The position numbers and the translations under genes are program-made. Positions 24,088 through 37,681 of a stretch of 64,000 nt of DNA are shown here, one piece after another. Below the pieces are notes generated by a model that ran no database searches, was not told the DNA's origin, and saw only the letters and a program-made list of their open reading frames with translations. Within the stretch, counting starts at the first letter, position 1. The number at the start of each line of letters is the position of its first letter. Source of the stretch: Nemertoderma westbladi (lineage: Eukaryota; Animalia; Xenacoelomorpha); the NCBI GenBank assembly GCA_032718475.1, contig JAUCBJ010002996.1, positions 2,771 through 66,770 on the forward strand, read 5' to 3'.

Positions 24088-25767
24088 CTTTCATCTCCGA
24101 TAATTATTAATAATTGCCTATTTGTGATAACAACAACCGTAAATTAACCTAGTCTAACGACATTATTCTAGCGACATTATACAATACATTTTGAATAATA
24201 AATTGGAATGGATAGTGGGGTTCATTTAAATCCGTCTAGACATAGACGGATAAATGAAGACAATAGTTTTAAGGAATTAAATAATAAAATACAAATTAAA
24301 TATTTAATTTGAAGGATCATTACCTACTACAGTACCTAATATACAGTAGACACGACACGCCAAGCTGCTGCAAAGCCACAAAATTTAGTGGGCCAGTTAT
24401 TTCTCTTAGATAGAATCACTCAAACAATAGGTTTAACGCGTCGGTGAAAGTACTTGTTGGCCCTAACAAAATTTATGTCCTCTTTCAGATGAGGGAATAT
24501 AAAAAATGTAACAGCTCTGCAGTAGTCCTCGAGATACGAAAAGTTCCCGGCACCCACGCCACATCAGCACCCGTCGGATTTGAAAAATCACTCAGAATGC
24601 ACCACCCTTCAAAGACCCCGGTATAACCATACTATGCCTTTTCTGTTTGTTGAATTCCATTATTAAGAATCGAAAATGCTCTAGGAAAGATAAAATTAAA
24701 GGATTTAAATTCGTCAACTTAAAAAAATGAATTATTGAGACGCTTCTATTCTATTTATTTTTAACTATTTGAATAATGTGAGTAGGCCCTAGGCCTACAG
24801 TGCAGTCATACAAGGTGACCTAGATGGTGACCTGTTTAGTTATTATTTATATTTTAGAGTTTCTTACTACAGACTATGTAGTATGTAGTATTGCATTTAC
24901 TGCATTTCTTAAGAATATTACGTATCTGAAACTTATGACCACTGTTTCAAACTTTCAATAGCTTTCCAGATCGCTTCATAAACTGTGTCCCATCCAGCCG
25001 AGAATAAATCCATTTCCAGAGATGAAATCCCTAAGATGGACTTTATTTCGGATGACACTATCGCAGGAGACCAATGGCGATGCTGAGTTTGGATGTAGCC
25101 CAGACTGAGAATAAAATTCACTCAAGAAAGTTTAGAATTAATGTTGATGATACAGCACTATTAATTATGGTAAATAAATGGTTTCGAAACAGCAATCATA
25201 CACCAACACCTTTCTGATTTGCTCTTTGGTGCGCAAGATCCATTTTACTATTATGATGAATATGTCAGGCAAGGCCATAAAGTGCTATAATCGATTTAAT
25301 GTTGGCATGGCTCACTAATGAAGAGTTTCTGTCAATTATAAATGAGTATAGTTATAGTTCATACTAAATTAAAACGATGATTGTGTGGCCTGGCCTTAAT
25401 ATTCTTCATATTAGAGGCGCAGTAGTACTGGAAATCAATGGAATATGGAAATAAATTTTCGAAAAGATTAATGGATTATAACTGAATGCTGCTAAACTAA
25501 TCCTGGGTGCTTTGTGATGCAACCATAGGGTAAAACGTAGTTGGTTATACAATATAAGGGGCAGGTGCACTTTATATACTTAATGTATTAACCATAATTC
25601 TCCCATAATTACTATCTGAAGCTCTAATACCACTCGTTTAGTTTACTGTAAGCAATTATCTTCGAGTTGAAATAATTTTACAATAAAATATCAAATTATT
25701 TAGTTTAAATTTAACCAAAATAATTATTTAATAAATTTACCTTTCATCAAATTTATTATTAATTGGT

Positions 25768-25869
25768 GTTATGAGCGTCAGACTTCCAACCCAGGAGGTC
25801 ACCAGTTCGATCCCACGTGGATGTCAGTGCCGACTTTGCAAAACCTGCGCCCAACAAAATGTTATAACA
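25768..25869 (+). mobile_element. tRNA-derived SINE (5'-damaged copy)
   Basis: Highly similar to 30532-30647; B-box GTTCGATCC. Confidence 0.65.
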
Positions 25870-27778
25870 AATTTTTAACCTACAATTCTGGAATAAAGAT
25901 TTGACTTTTTCCTTACAAATAGAAGTGAAATAAAGACAAGTTACTTTCCTAAAATGAAGCCTTTTTAATTCCAAATGAGACAAGAGGGGGGGGGGGGGGG
26001 GGGGGGGTAGGGGGTGGGACTAGACCCAAATCCCATCTCTCAAAAAAGTGGCCAAAGTAGGGTTAAAAAATAGTGCTACAACTTGAAAACTTCCAAATAT
26101 TTTTAAAACCCTTTTCATTATTAGGAAGACAATAGATTTTTAGGAAAAGACGTAAAATTTCCGATTCCCAACTGCGTTCGTTTCAGAGTTACTGTATAAC
26201 AAATAAACCACGGGGGTCATATTGACCTCCCACCCGCCCCCCCCCCCCCCCCCCCGGGTTTCATAGGGTTAATTCTTACCAATATCCATAGCGATGAAAG
26301 TGGTAACGTTTACAAGTACTACTGTACCTGTAAGAGTTGTGAGAATAAATCTGTGGTGGCTCCGGTGCTAGATATGGTTTACATCGTGAAAAAACGGTGT
26401 GGAAAGGCAAAATCGTGCGGAATAAAATACACAGTATTATTTCGCAACTTTTAAAATTTAACTCTGTAGAGGCCTACTCATTTGCCGCTAGTTGAGGCCA
26501 GTTTTACAAAATGACAACGAGTACGAATAATATTGAAGGATAATTGATACCTAAGTGATTATTGAAATGGTTTAATGTTTCGCTTAGCGTTAAGATCGTT
26601 AGCTTTTTAATGTGAATTTAGAACACATCATTTCGGAAAACTTCAAAGTTTTTTTTAATGATAACTATATGCCACTCCCACTATGTTATACTGTCAGTAG
26701 ATGCTGCTTTTAGATAGTGTGTTAGGGTAGGGTCTTACGGTAAATAACGCGGTACAGACATTCACAATCAAACTCAAAATAGCAGTATTCGAGATTTGGG
26801 TTTGGAGATTTGGGGTACTTGAAGACGCGATGTTAGGTACAGTACCAATGTACCGTCCAATGTCCGTTTATAAATAATATATTTTTATTTCATTTTTTAT
26901 TTACTTAATAAAGTAAGATTTTTTGACCTATTAAAGTGAAACTAATTTTTACCCATGTAACTTTTTATTAAAGTTGATAATATGGTCGTTCACTGTTTAT
27001 TTATTTACGCCTTAAATTTCGAAGTACGGAGGCGACAACCAACAATAAGTGTTTAATAAATACAACGGAGGGGCGGGGCAATCACATAGAATATAGTTGC
27101 ATTATTATTATAATTCTTTAATTGTTATTGTATAATATTATTCGGGTTGAAACTACTTAACCTTTTAATATAATATAACGGTGCCAAGTTATTAGCTTTC
27201 TCATATCGCCACCTGTCATCCATTATTGTACTTCAGTTCAAGTATAATTAATTTAAATTTAAATTTGTCTGAATAGAGAGGCCAGAAAAGTAGATAAAAA
27301 GTGAGTTAAACGTAACTTGGCGCAAAATGAATGCAAACACCAACTATATGCTTAGTGGGTTTAAAAAATTAATTTAATGTTATTTGAAACTTTAACTTTA
27401 ACTTTTACTCTAAGAGACCAGATTGCAGTTATTTAACCAAAACAATAAACAAAACTTACTTTACTTTAACTTAATTTCTTATTCGACCATATTCGCAGTT
27501 GAGATCAATTTTTCACTTGCAGTCACTGGGCGCCACTATATAATATAACCATTTAGTCTTTATTTCAAATAAGAATTACAAGGATTTACACGTGACCACT
27601 ATTAAACTAACTTTAAACAAAAACAATTGATTAATATAATTACACCTTTCTTTCTAATTATTGGCTTAGTATGTGGTGACTATTTATTTAAGAATGGTAA
27701 TATATAGTTTATCTTTGAAACATACCACAATCTAATGTAATATAGGCATATATAAGAGGGAGCTCAACATCAACTTAC

Positions 27779-27942
27779 ATACTTACCTGGCACAGGGGTT
27801 AACCACGATCAAGAATGCGGTTCCCCCAGGGTGAGGCCCTTGCATTGCACTCCGCTTGGGTTGACCCCTGCGATTTTCTCAAATCGAGGAAACTCGGGTG
27901 CTAAATTTGTGTTAGCTGGAGCTTGCGTTCGCGCAGGCTCCT
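27779..27942 (+). ncRNA. RNU1: U1 snRNA (canonical)
   Basis: 5' ATACTTACCTGG, loop I GATCAAGAAT, U1A site ATTGCAC, Sm site AAATTTGTG, terminal TTCG hairpin, 164 nt. Confidence 0.97.
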
Positions 27943-30531
27943 TACAATAAATAAACAAGAAATAACGAACCTGTGTGATTTTCTCTGTACTCTCTTTCTT
28001 GTCGTGTCGTACTTTATTGTGGTATAAAACCCGCAGCGAACATATTTTGTGGCCATGTATTGCCACAGGGACTACGTAACATTGCAAGGTGAAGTGTTAT
28101 TAGAGTTTAATTTCATTCTATTTTATAGTGCTTGTTTAAGTGTTTATCTGAACTTCCTTTTCCGTCTGCTGTATAATTTTATGGTATTTCCGTTGTAAAG
28201 TCAGGAAGTAATGTTGTAAAGTCTGGAAGTAATGTTGTAAAGTCTGGAAGTAATGTATCTAAATAAGTGAAACTACCTACTAACTAACTACACTACACAA
28301 TATAACGATTTAACTTTTACCTATAATGTATAGGCCTAATAATTAATAATATTCGTCATGTTCTAGTTTATTCCAGAATAATCTTTGGTTGTCTTTGTTA
28401 GAGTGGAAGGGTTTACTGTGGAAGATCACACATGGTGAACAGGTATTCCTTGGCTTAATCTGCTTTGGTTGTAGTCAGGCAATGGAAAATTTCTGATGCT
28501 TTTTTCTAACAATTTATTTTTATTTCAATTATATTTAGTGTTTGTGAAATTGTAATAATTGTTCTCCAGGAAAGTTATCATACGTAGTATCCCTATTATT
28601 TACTCCAGCATACCTGCATGCCTATTAGAATGATGAGGATTTTTTAGCTGATATATGCTGTGATTTGTTGTACCTAACCACCCCCCCCCCCCCCCCCCCC
28701 CCCCCATTCCCCATTCTTCGATTTTAACAATTAATAATGTTAAACATTCGAGTTATTCACATTTAGATCTACAGTAAGTAATGCATTTTCATTTGGCAAT
28801 CGGGTATATAAAGTTCATTGATACATTGTCGCAGTTACATTCAGCTACTTGGCAACGGCACCCATCTTTGATACATTGTTTCAAGTATAATATAGAAAAA
28901 TTAGCCCTGGGATATATATAATTAGCATTAGTCTTTTTGTATGATTTACCGGTATGCTTTTAATGTCCAATATAGCTTATTAAATAGGCAACATTGTGAA
29001 AGGTCGTCATGACATTATAATTCAATATTCACTCTTCAACAATTTGTCATTAGATATTAATTAAAGTTCCCCGACTCCTTTCCCAAACTCACTACTGTAT
29101 TTAGCAGTTTTAATTTTTTTAATTTTTAACCTAAAACATCGTATTTTTTAATCGATTAATTATAATTTAAATCTTGCAAGTTTTTCCAAAATTACTGGCT
29201 ATTTTATTGCTTGGCAGTAATATTTTTTGTTTCTAAAATAAATCTTAATGAAAATAATTAAATGTAATAATTCATATATATGTATATATATATAATATGA
29301 ATAAATATATTAATTAAATTTTGTAACTATTGTACTAACTGGTATTTACTACTACCAAGCAAGGTTAGCTTGAGCTTTTTAACATCTTGGAATTTATTTT
29401 TGTAGCCCCTTGACAAAACTACTATGAAAGAGGCCATCAATGTTCTTTCCTCAAAATCCACGCAAATAATGCCTGACGACTAGCAATAATAATAATGTTA
29501 CCTGTTCTATTCACTTTCGTTTATTGTTTTACTTAGAATAAAGTGCCACTGTAACCTACTCCTTTAACTTGATTAATAATTTAACATTTAGACGAGATAA
29601 TAATTCGTCGAGCTCGAGATGGAATTTGCGTTAATTAAGTCTTGTCTCCAAAAGTTTAACATAAACGTTGGCTGTTTGCACAATTAGGTCACCAAAATTG
29701 CTTTTGGTTGGGAGCTGCAGGCCTATGTACAGGTTCAATAACGTCTGCCTTGGGATTTACAGAAGCGTCATCCCTGCCTTATAGTTAACAACCAAGAGAG
29801 ATGAGCCTTAGGGTTAATAACTCCGGTGTTCCACAGCTTTAGAGCAGAAGTTTTAGGTGGTAGTTGTAGGAAAGAGGGACCCTAAAACAGAATGCAATTA
29901 TTGTTGTTATGGTGATTTATCTCAGTTAGCTCACTCAGTCAAGCGCCAGGGTTTAGATGTGAAAGTAGGATCTTCGATCCCAGATGAGGTCTTTTTAGTT
30001 AATCTTAAGTTTCGATTTAAAGTTTAGGCAGTTTTATTTATCTATACTGTAAACCCAAGCTTTTATAATATTTATAAATATTTTGAGCGAAATATAAATT
30101 ATAGATGCATTCCATATATTATTTGGTAGAAGAAGAAATTCCTTTTTTCTGACAATTCCAAAAAGTTGTTCCAGCTGGTGGAAATTTAAGACATTTTTTG
30201 GTTTTCTTCATATATTGGCTCAAAATAACTTCGTTAATGCAATGGTAACAGAACATACAGAACATACAGAACATACCAACAGGTATTTTTTACATGCGTG
30301 GCTTAAATTGTGTAATGGAATTACTTGGCAAGAAGGGAAGTAGAAAGAGTGGGATTACATTGTGTATGTGGTCATTTCTGTACCAAAGAATCTTATATAC
30401 GCATACGGCTATCAAGTAAGGTAGGGTTGAGCACAGTGGCACCAGATTATGGTATTGACAGATATAGGAGGCCATGAGGAGGTAAATTGAGGACCTACAT
30501 CAGGTAGTATTTCCAGGTCTACCCTTTACCT

Positions 30532-30647
30532 GAGCCGCTAGCTGAATGGTTAGAGCGTCAGACTTCCAACCCGGACGTCACCAGTTCGATCCCACCTGGG
30601 CGTCATTGCCGACTTCCAAAACTGTGCCCAACAAAAGGTTATAACAG
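30532..30647 (+). mobile_element. tRNA-derived SINE
   Basis: A-box TAGCTGAATGG, B-box GTTCGATCC, no proper acceptor stem, and a non-tRNA tail shared with the 25768 copy. Confidence 0.7.
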
Positions 30648-31043
30648 AACCTTATGGTAAATAACCTTGTGGTAAATAGTCGAAGGTTACACATATGTCA
30701 ATTATATAAACAATAGAACTGTAGATAATGTGTCTGTCATCTTATATCAAACATAGAGGATAAATAAATTCATTAAATATATATTAATTATATACTGCCA
30801 TTTACTTTATTATATACTCTACGGACAATAGGATTACATCTATACGCTATACATAATAAGTCAAGCATATGATAGAGTATGGATAAGAAATCGAATTACA
30901 AGATTATTACGATAACTAATAATGGAGTCGAACGGATTTCTTAGAGCCAATACACGTCGATCAAAGTGAAGTGTGAAATTCGCTAGCAGATTCCCGTAAT
31001 ACATTTGGTGCCAAAAGCGCCCGTGATACGTACTAATTAATAA

Positions 31044-32960
31044 ATGAATTCCTCGTCTAGCCCACCCACAACTCTGCCCCGATTGGCTAAGTCCAGCAGG
31101 AGGGCGAGTTCACTAAAGTATAATACAGCCCAGAGAGTGACGACGGGTCCAAATCTGCGTAAATTATTAGCTGGTCGCAGATATTCCCAGAGTCTAACTA
31201 TTCCGGTAGTTATATCCAAATCAGAAAGCGATTTACGGAATACATCGAACAGTTCTTCATCAACCACGATCGCCGTACCTGATGATTCGGAATCTCTCGA
31301 TGGGATCAACAGTCAGCCCCTCCCGCTCAACCAGGACTTCAGACACAGACGAGGAAACTCTGTAAGCAATCCGCTACGCAGTGCCCGAGCAGACCTCGTT
31401 AGAGGCAGCACAGAGTTTTTCCAAGTCCGCACAGAACTTCAGTCATCGAGTTTACAACTGCCGAATCCAGCGAGACAAACGAAGCCACGCAACATATCTC
31501 CAGAACAGAAAGAAAAACCTGTCGAAACAACTGCAGAAGTGGTACAGGATAATTCGGTTCAACTGCCGATAGAAAGGCAAGGAATATACAAAGATAAATA
31601 CGTCGAAGAACAAATAGAATTGTTGAGACGGAAATATTCTCACACTAGTGGTCCCAGGTTGTTCCAGGAAAGGACAATAATTGGATGTGTGTCTAATGAA
31701 CCATATTCAACTCGGGGTTTTATTAATCAAGAAGAGTTACAAACACCGAAACCAAAAGTGGAACACCGTAAAGTAAAACCTACCAAGGAAAATATTCACA
31801 AGGTTAAAAGATCGCCGTCTAATCCCGAGCATATTACTAATCCGTCTAAAGTTTTCTTACCTCACAGACTCGCAAATGACACTAAACCCGTACAATCAAA
31901 ATTAAAAGACTCAGAGGTTCAACCAGAAGTTATTATTACCTTGGTGGACTCCTCAAATTGTGACGGAAAAATGAGAAAAGGTTCTGCCATAGAAGATTCT
32001 AATTTAAATATTCCGAGGTACAAACCCACTGAATCCACGGGTGCTACATCAAGCACGACAGACACATTGTCGCCGAATAGTCAAAGGAAGATCGTGCGAT
32101 TCGATGTAGAGCCGAGAAAATCACAACCGCCAGGTGGTAAAGGTACGAGTCTACCTCCTTTACGGTTGGGGGGAGAACGACCGGCTAGCGACAACGATGT
32201 CCCTCTAGATATCTCAGCGAATTTGCGATTAGAAGGAATAAAAGAGCTTCAGCAGTTACTAAACGAAGCAAAGGATTTGGCGAGAGACACAGAAAGTGAT
32301 CTGCGTGAGTTTCGCAGTAAAAAGACATCAAAACAAGTTGAGAAACGCAATTATTCGAAGATTAATAGAGGAAAGACTGTAAATATAACTTTAAATAAAA
32401 ATATAAAACATAATGTAACTGAGAGCAAGTCTACAAAATATTATCCCGAACTAAATCATACCGTGGGCAATAGTGAAGGACGCGAATGCAATACTGAGTT
32501 GCGCGAAAACAATCCAAAACTAAGCGAATCTACTGGGAATAAAGTCATAGAAAACACCAAAGGAATGGCAGACGACGCAGAACACAAAATCCTTGACGTG
32601 GCTGAGTCGCCCAGCAGTCCAATAAACGATCAACTCGAAACTTCAACGATTTCATTGAAAAATGATATTAATCCTCCAATAATCGCAAATCACATAAAGC
32701 AAATATCAGTGCGGGAAAAAGTCTACCACTTTAGGCGCGATAGTGGTGAAGGGTATAGCGCGATGCCGCCCTCGGATGGCACAGCTGTGCCGGATATGGG
32801 CCACCACCATATCGCATTATTGGCAAATTTTAACTTACAACCAGATGTGGATGAGGACAACTGCCTCACTGATGTGCAAATGGAACGAATTACTGAGTGG
32901 CTAGCTGGCGTAGATAAAGCTGAAGACGGGATACCCGCATGTGTCGTAGAACCAAAGTAA
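31044..32960 (+). CDS. Uncharacterised 638-aa protein, S/P/K/E-rich and probably largely disordered
   Basis: Long uninterrupted ORF with raised GC in AT-rich surroundings; no domain recognised. Confidence 0.8.
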   Translation: MNSSSSPPTTLPRLAKSSRRASSLKYNTAQRVTTGPNLRKLLAGRRYSQSLTIPVVISKSESDLRNTSNSSSSTTIAVPDDSESLDGINSQPLPLNQDFRHRRGNSVSNPLRSARADLVRGSTEFFQVRTELQSSSLQLPNPARQTKPRNISPEQKEKPVETTAEVVQDNSVQLPIERQGIYKDKYVEEQIELLRRKYSHTSGPRLFQERTIIGCVSNEPYSTRGFINQEELQTPKPKVEHRKVKPTKENIHKVKRSPSNPEHITNPSKVFLPHRLANDTKPVQSKLKDSEVQPEVIITLVDSSNCDGKMRKGSAIEDSNLNIPRYKPTESTGATSSTTDTLSPNSQRKIVRFDVEPRKSQPPGGKGTSLPPLRLGGERPASDNDVPLDISANLRLEGIKELQQLLNEAKDLARDTESDLREFRSKKTSKQVEKRNYSKINRGKTVNITLNKNIKHNVTESKSTKYYPELNHTVGNSEGRECNTELRENNPKLSESTGNKVIENTKGMADDAEHKILDVAESPSSPINDQLETSTISLKNDINPPIIANHIKQISVREKVYHFRRDSGEGYSAMPPSDGTAVPDMGHHHIALLANFNLQPDVDEDNCLTDVQMERITEWLAGVDKAEDGIPACVVEPK

Positions 32961-33026
32961 ATTTTTATTAAATTAATTAATTAATTGTATTGTATGTACA
33001 GTATAAAGTTGATGAAGCATGAAGAG

Positions 33027-33516
33027 TTATACAGTATGTATTTTTAACTAAATTTTATGCATTATGAAAACTAATAGTTTCTTATCCTAAATTAATAAAT
33101 GCTAATTTGTTATATCCTAAATTAATAAATGCTAATATGTCATATCCTAAATTAATAAATGCTAATATGTCATATCCTAAATTATTAAATGCTAATTTGT
33201 CATATCCTAAATTAATAAATGCTATTTGTTATAACCTAAATTAATACATACTAATATGTCATATCCTAAATTAATAAATGCTACTATTTTATTATATAGT
33301 TATTGTAACCTCCCCCTCCCCTAACACTAACACAAAAAATAGGGGAGGGGGAGGTTATTAATTTAGGATATGACAAATTAGCATTTAATAATTTAGGATA
33401 TGACATATTAGCATTTATTAATTTAGGATATAACAAATTAGCATTTATTAATTTAGGATAAGAAACTATTAGTTTTCATAATGCATAAAATTTAGTTAAA
33501 AATACATACTGTATAA
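33027..33516. repeat. Foldback inverted repeat containing 30-bp tandem units
   Basis: Left arm from 33027 is the reverse complement of 33355-33516; unit ATCCTAAATTAATAAATGCTAATATGTCAT. Confidence 0.85.
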
Positions 33517-35963
33517 TTAATTAATTTACATTAACTTTATATTATTTTATCACCATGACCCGGGATCTAGTGTCTTTATTCAGGTACCTGCTCCCCCCTC
33601 AATTTTTTCTTCAAATCTTAAGGAGATTTCATGGAATTTGAATCAGAGATTGTTTCACCTCCCTCCTCCTTAGTGGATGAGTCAGAATTTTTATATTTAC
33701 TTTCATTCTTTAGCTACAAGCGTGTAAAAAAAGTGTCTCCGTCGAAATTGTACCAGTTCTACCATAGTTTTTCTCCAATCTAAAAATGAATCGTTGACCC
33801 CCAATGGAAATCTGGCCAGGATTTCAAATTTATAAAATTTGAATTAAGTTGGGAAATGTGCAAACCTTTTCTACGTCGATGCTCTTTCCATATATGTAAT
33901 AAAATTTCAGAAATTCCACCAAAATATAAAAAGTAAAATCAATGCAATCCTATGGGTTACTTTTTTACCGTAGCCGGGAAAAAAAAGTGAAACTTTTTTT
34001 CCCGGTTTTGGGGTATATTCGAGCGAAAAAGTAACAATTTAATAATAAAATACTTTTTACCCTCTTTTTTTAGTACGTGGATATTCATTCATAAAAAAGT
34101 GTTCTAGAACATGGTGGATAATATTAAATAGAATAAGTGGCCTGTATCGTAAGCTAATACATGCAACATTCGATTGCAAATAAGCTATTTCCCAACCAAA
34201 TTCATATATTTTTATATATTTGGATTCCTTGTATTGCCAGCTTTCTATTGGTACCAACTACATCACTGCAATCAAGTTGAAGAATAAATGCATTACACAA
34301 CTGGTGAAATATCGGTTGTACCTAAAAAAATTTTTTAAACAAAAATACAAATTCCGGCGCATGGTAGTACTGAATTCTGAACTTTATTCCGAGGGCATGC
34401 ATGGTGTATTGTGGTGAAAGGCAAAGTATGGTTTGTTGGCGAGAAATTAATTAATTGTCTAGAAACATTTGAATTAGGGAAACCACACAGCTCCTAATCG
34501 AGTGGCGTGGAATATTTTTTGTTTAAAATGCAGATGAATTACGATTTTTGAACGATTTTTGTTTTAAACTGAACGCGGGAAGCAAATTAAAAATCTTCTT
34601 CGTTGACTTTTAATAATAATAAACACAATAAAGTGCTTGCTGGGTATTGAACATTGAAGTTACTGATGTAAATGATGTAATTATTTTCGATGCATTCAAT
34701 GTAGCATTATTTACTTCACTCATATACTGTATTTCAAACGTGTTCTATTTCATGCTAATTATGAAATTACAGAAACAAATATGAGCAGATTTTTCCTGCT
34801 CAATTTTACTGTCTTATCGCAGACTTGCAGCTCCCAACCAACATACTAGCAGGGATCGTACGGTAGTTACTTTTTGCTGTAGCGGTAGCGGTAGGTCTAT
34901 GGCTTTCCGGTAGCGGTATATACCGCGGTAGCAAACATTGTAGCTGGTATTAATGAAGTTAGAGGCTCACTTTTCTGACGATTTTTTAAAAGTGTGGGGT
35001 TTATTTATAGTACTGTAAATTGATTTCTTGAATTAATAAATATTCATTTATTTTGTTTTATGTTCACAGAAAAAACTTACGAACCAATTTTTCATATATG
35101 ATATGTAACTGAACTGCTGTAATCATGGCTGAACGTTTTATCTTTCATATTTCAGTATATGGGTGGATTTTGAAGTATAAATAAAGGATAAAATATGATA
35201 TGAATGTAATTTTAAGAAAATGCGATATGATAGGAAAAAGTTTTGTATTTTTTTCGAATCATATTTATATCTAATACTGCATACAGTACTGCATACTAGC
35301 TATACGTCTTGTACTGTACATACCGGTATTATATATTATGTGGTAGACGCAATGTAATAGCAGTAATGTATGTACTGTACTGTAGTAATGTTAAATGTTA
35401 GAAGCAGCTTTATTTTGTGATGTTAAATATTCTAAAGCCAATAGCGGTGGATTTTCAAAACTAACTTCCCGCGCGTAATGCCATGATTGTATTCGACTGT
35501 CTCTATCCAAATAATTTTCGCGCACCAACCAACCATATTAGGCCAAACTAAATCTCATTGTACAGCAATAGTAATAATCAATAGGATTATATTATTTAAT
35601 TTATAATTATAATACTTAAAATTATTATCTACAATATGAATATTATTCTCAAAATGGACAATGATTATCAAATATTTGAATTATTATACAAATATGTGTT
35701 TATTTCGTTTAAAATGTGGAATTAATTTCGCTCTACAATTCGAGCAGTGCAACATTGTCTCAAACTTTGAGTCAATGGCGCAATATGTCAGAATCTTGAA
35801 TATTTCAAAATTTGAAGAGCCACGCCCTAATTTTTGTGCTCCAAAAATGACGTACCTCTACGCTTACATACTTGTATTGAGCAGTAGAGTACTCCGTATC
35901 AATCTGAATTAATAAAAAAACGGCGGGCCTAGCTACTGTATGTAAATAATTGTTTAACGTGTA

Positions 35964-36159
35964 AGGCCGCGTTCATACTACCGAGTCAAAGTCAAAAGAC
36001 AAAATGTAAATCACAAAACATTAATTTGATTTTTTCTAGAATCCCCTTATGTATTATATTAGGCCTATATAATGTATTATTATTTATTATTGCTAGCTAG
36101 CTATATTTACTGTATTTTATTTTGACTTTGACTTTGACTCGGTAGTGTGAACGCGGCCT
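35964..36159. mobile_element. MITE
   Basis: TIR AGGCCGCGTTCATACTACCGAGTCAAAGTCAAA and complement, flanked by TA on both sides. Confidence 0.8.
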
Positions 36160-36495
36160 TAGACTGTATTAATTCCATACGTCCTATAGAAGACATTTTA
36201 GAGAAAATGCGCTAAGAAAATATGGCAACAGTGTTTAGTAAAACTGAACGGACACAGACTGCGACTCAGTATGCTTCAGTCGACGATGGATCGAAGATTT
36301 ATCACATGCACGCAGGAGATAACTACAATAAACATTAATTAGATATAAAAATGTATAATTAATACCTGTGTACCTGTTAATAAATTGCACTTATATTCGA
36401 AATAGTACATGATTAAAATGTTTAAAAGAGTATCCATAAAATCCTTTCTTCACATACCGAACGCTAATAAGTTGACATAATATAACAAAATTACA

Positions 36496-36636
36496 TACAT
36501 CATTGTGCGCAAAGGTCACTTTTCAGCGTTAAAGACCCTTGTTTATTTATGTAAATTTCCCTCGCTGCGCTCGCTCGGTACATAAATAAACTCGGGTCAT
36601 AACGCTGCAAAGTGTTACTTTGCACACAATGATGTA
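36496..36636. mobile_element. Palindromic MITE-like element
   Basis: About 58-bp imperfect inverted arms around CCTCGCTGCGCTCGCTCGG. Confidence 0.75.
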
Positions 36637-36870
36637 AATAGTTAAATTAACATAGAAATCCGACACATTTAGCCAATTGAAACGTTAACGAAAGCAAGGA
36701 GGCCAATTTGCAATTCAAGTGAGATCCATTGCATCTTAGTATCATATTAACGAAATATTAGGTTCTAGAAGAAAAAAAGCTGGTATTTTTATGTATTTTA
36801 ATTGTCATGTAGAAACTAATAGTACATTACTGTAGGCCTAGATTAAATATATAAAAGAAGCCAACATATA

Positions 36871-37681
36871 ATGACGACATTCTACGTAGTTAATACTCCG
36901 TTGTATTTGTGGGGTAGTTCGTCCCACAAGAAGCGGGTCCCGACGCCCTTTGGCCACTGGGCACTCATAGCCCATTTTAAAGAAGAAAATGTAGTTTATC
37001 GAGCCGAAATAGATGGCCAACCGGGGAAAAAAATGAGTATGGAGTTTGTGCACGCACATCCGCTACCAAATACGGTCGACCTACAGTAGATTGAATCGCT
37101 ACAATAGAAAAATGTGTGAGTGAAGAAAATGTTCTAGAAAATTTTAGATATGGACAAACGAAAAACGTGGATATGTTAGTAGGACATGCATTTTTTAAAT
37201 TTCGTATCCAAAACATTCTAGAATCTTTTCTACTTAAAAGGTGGCAAGTAGAACAGTGGTATATTTATAAAGTGTAGGTAGGTGTGCAGTGCAAACTCCA
37301 TACTAAATAACCACCGAACCAATGTTGATTGTAATGGGGGTAGGCGAGGATTGTATACCGAAAGAGGCAATAGAGATTGTTACTAAAGATGTCACTCTGG
37401 AACAATTAAAGGATGCCATAAGGGAGAACGAGTTGAATGGGAAAATGTATCACCCCATTCAAAAAAATTGTCAAATATGGGTCAAAAACGTGGCGAAACG
37501 TTTAGGGTTTCTAAAAAAGCTGGAAAGCACTGGATTTAAAACCACCGATGAAGCCGCAACAGGAGTTTGTCATCTTATTGGTGCTGCAGGAGTGGTTTCA
37601 GCTGCAGCAGTAGGTGGAGCCTTACTGCTTTACAGACTCGGGGAAAAACGCGGTATCATTCGAAATCGTAAACCCGATTGA
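36871..37681 (+). pseudogene. LRAT/PLAAT-like (permuted NlpC/P60) gene interrupted by a MITE; about 178 aa when rejoined
   Basis: ORF1 has GHWALIA; ORF2 has YHPIQKNCQIW and a C-terminal hydrophobic helix. Deleting 37035-37308 fuses them in frame (KKITTEPM). Confidence 0.7.
37035..37305. mobile_element. MITE inserted in coding sequence
   Basis: TIR AGTATGGAGTTTG ... CAAACTCCATACT; AAT duplicated at 37032-37034 and 37306-37308. Confidence 0.8.

Noticed and set aside
30532-30605. Possible tRNA gene
   Set aside because: The acceptor stem does not pair and the 3' tail is shared with the 25768 copy, so it is a SINE.
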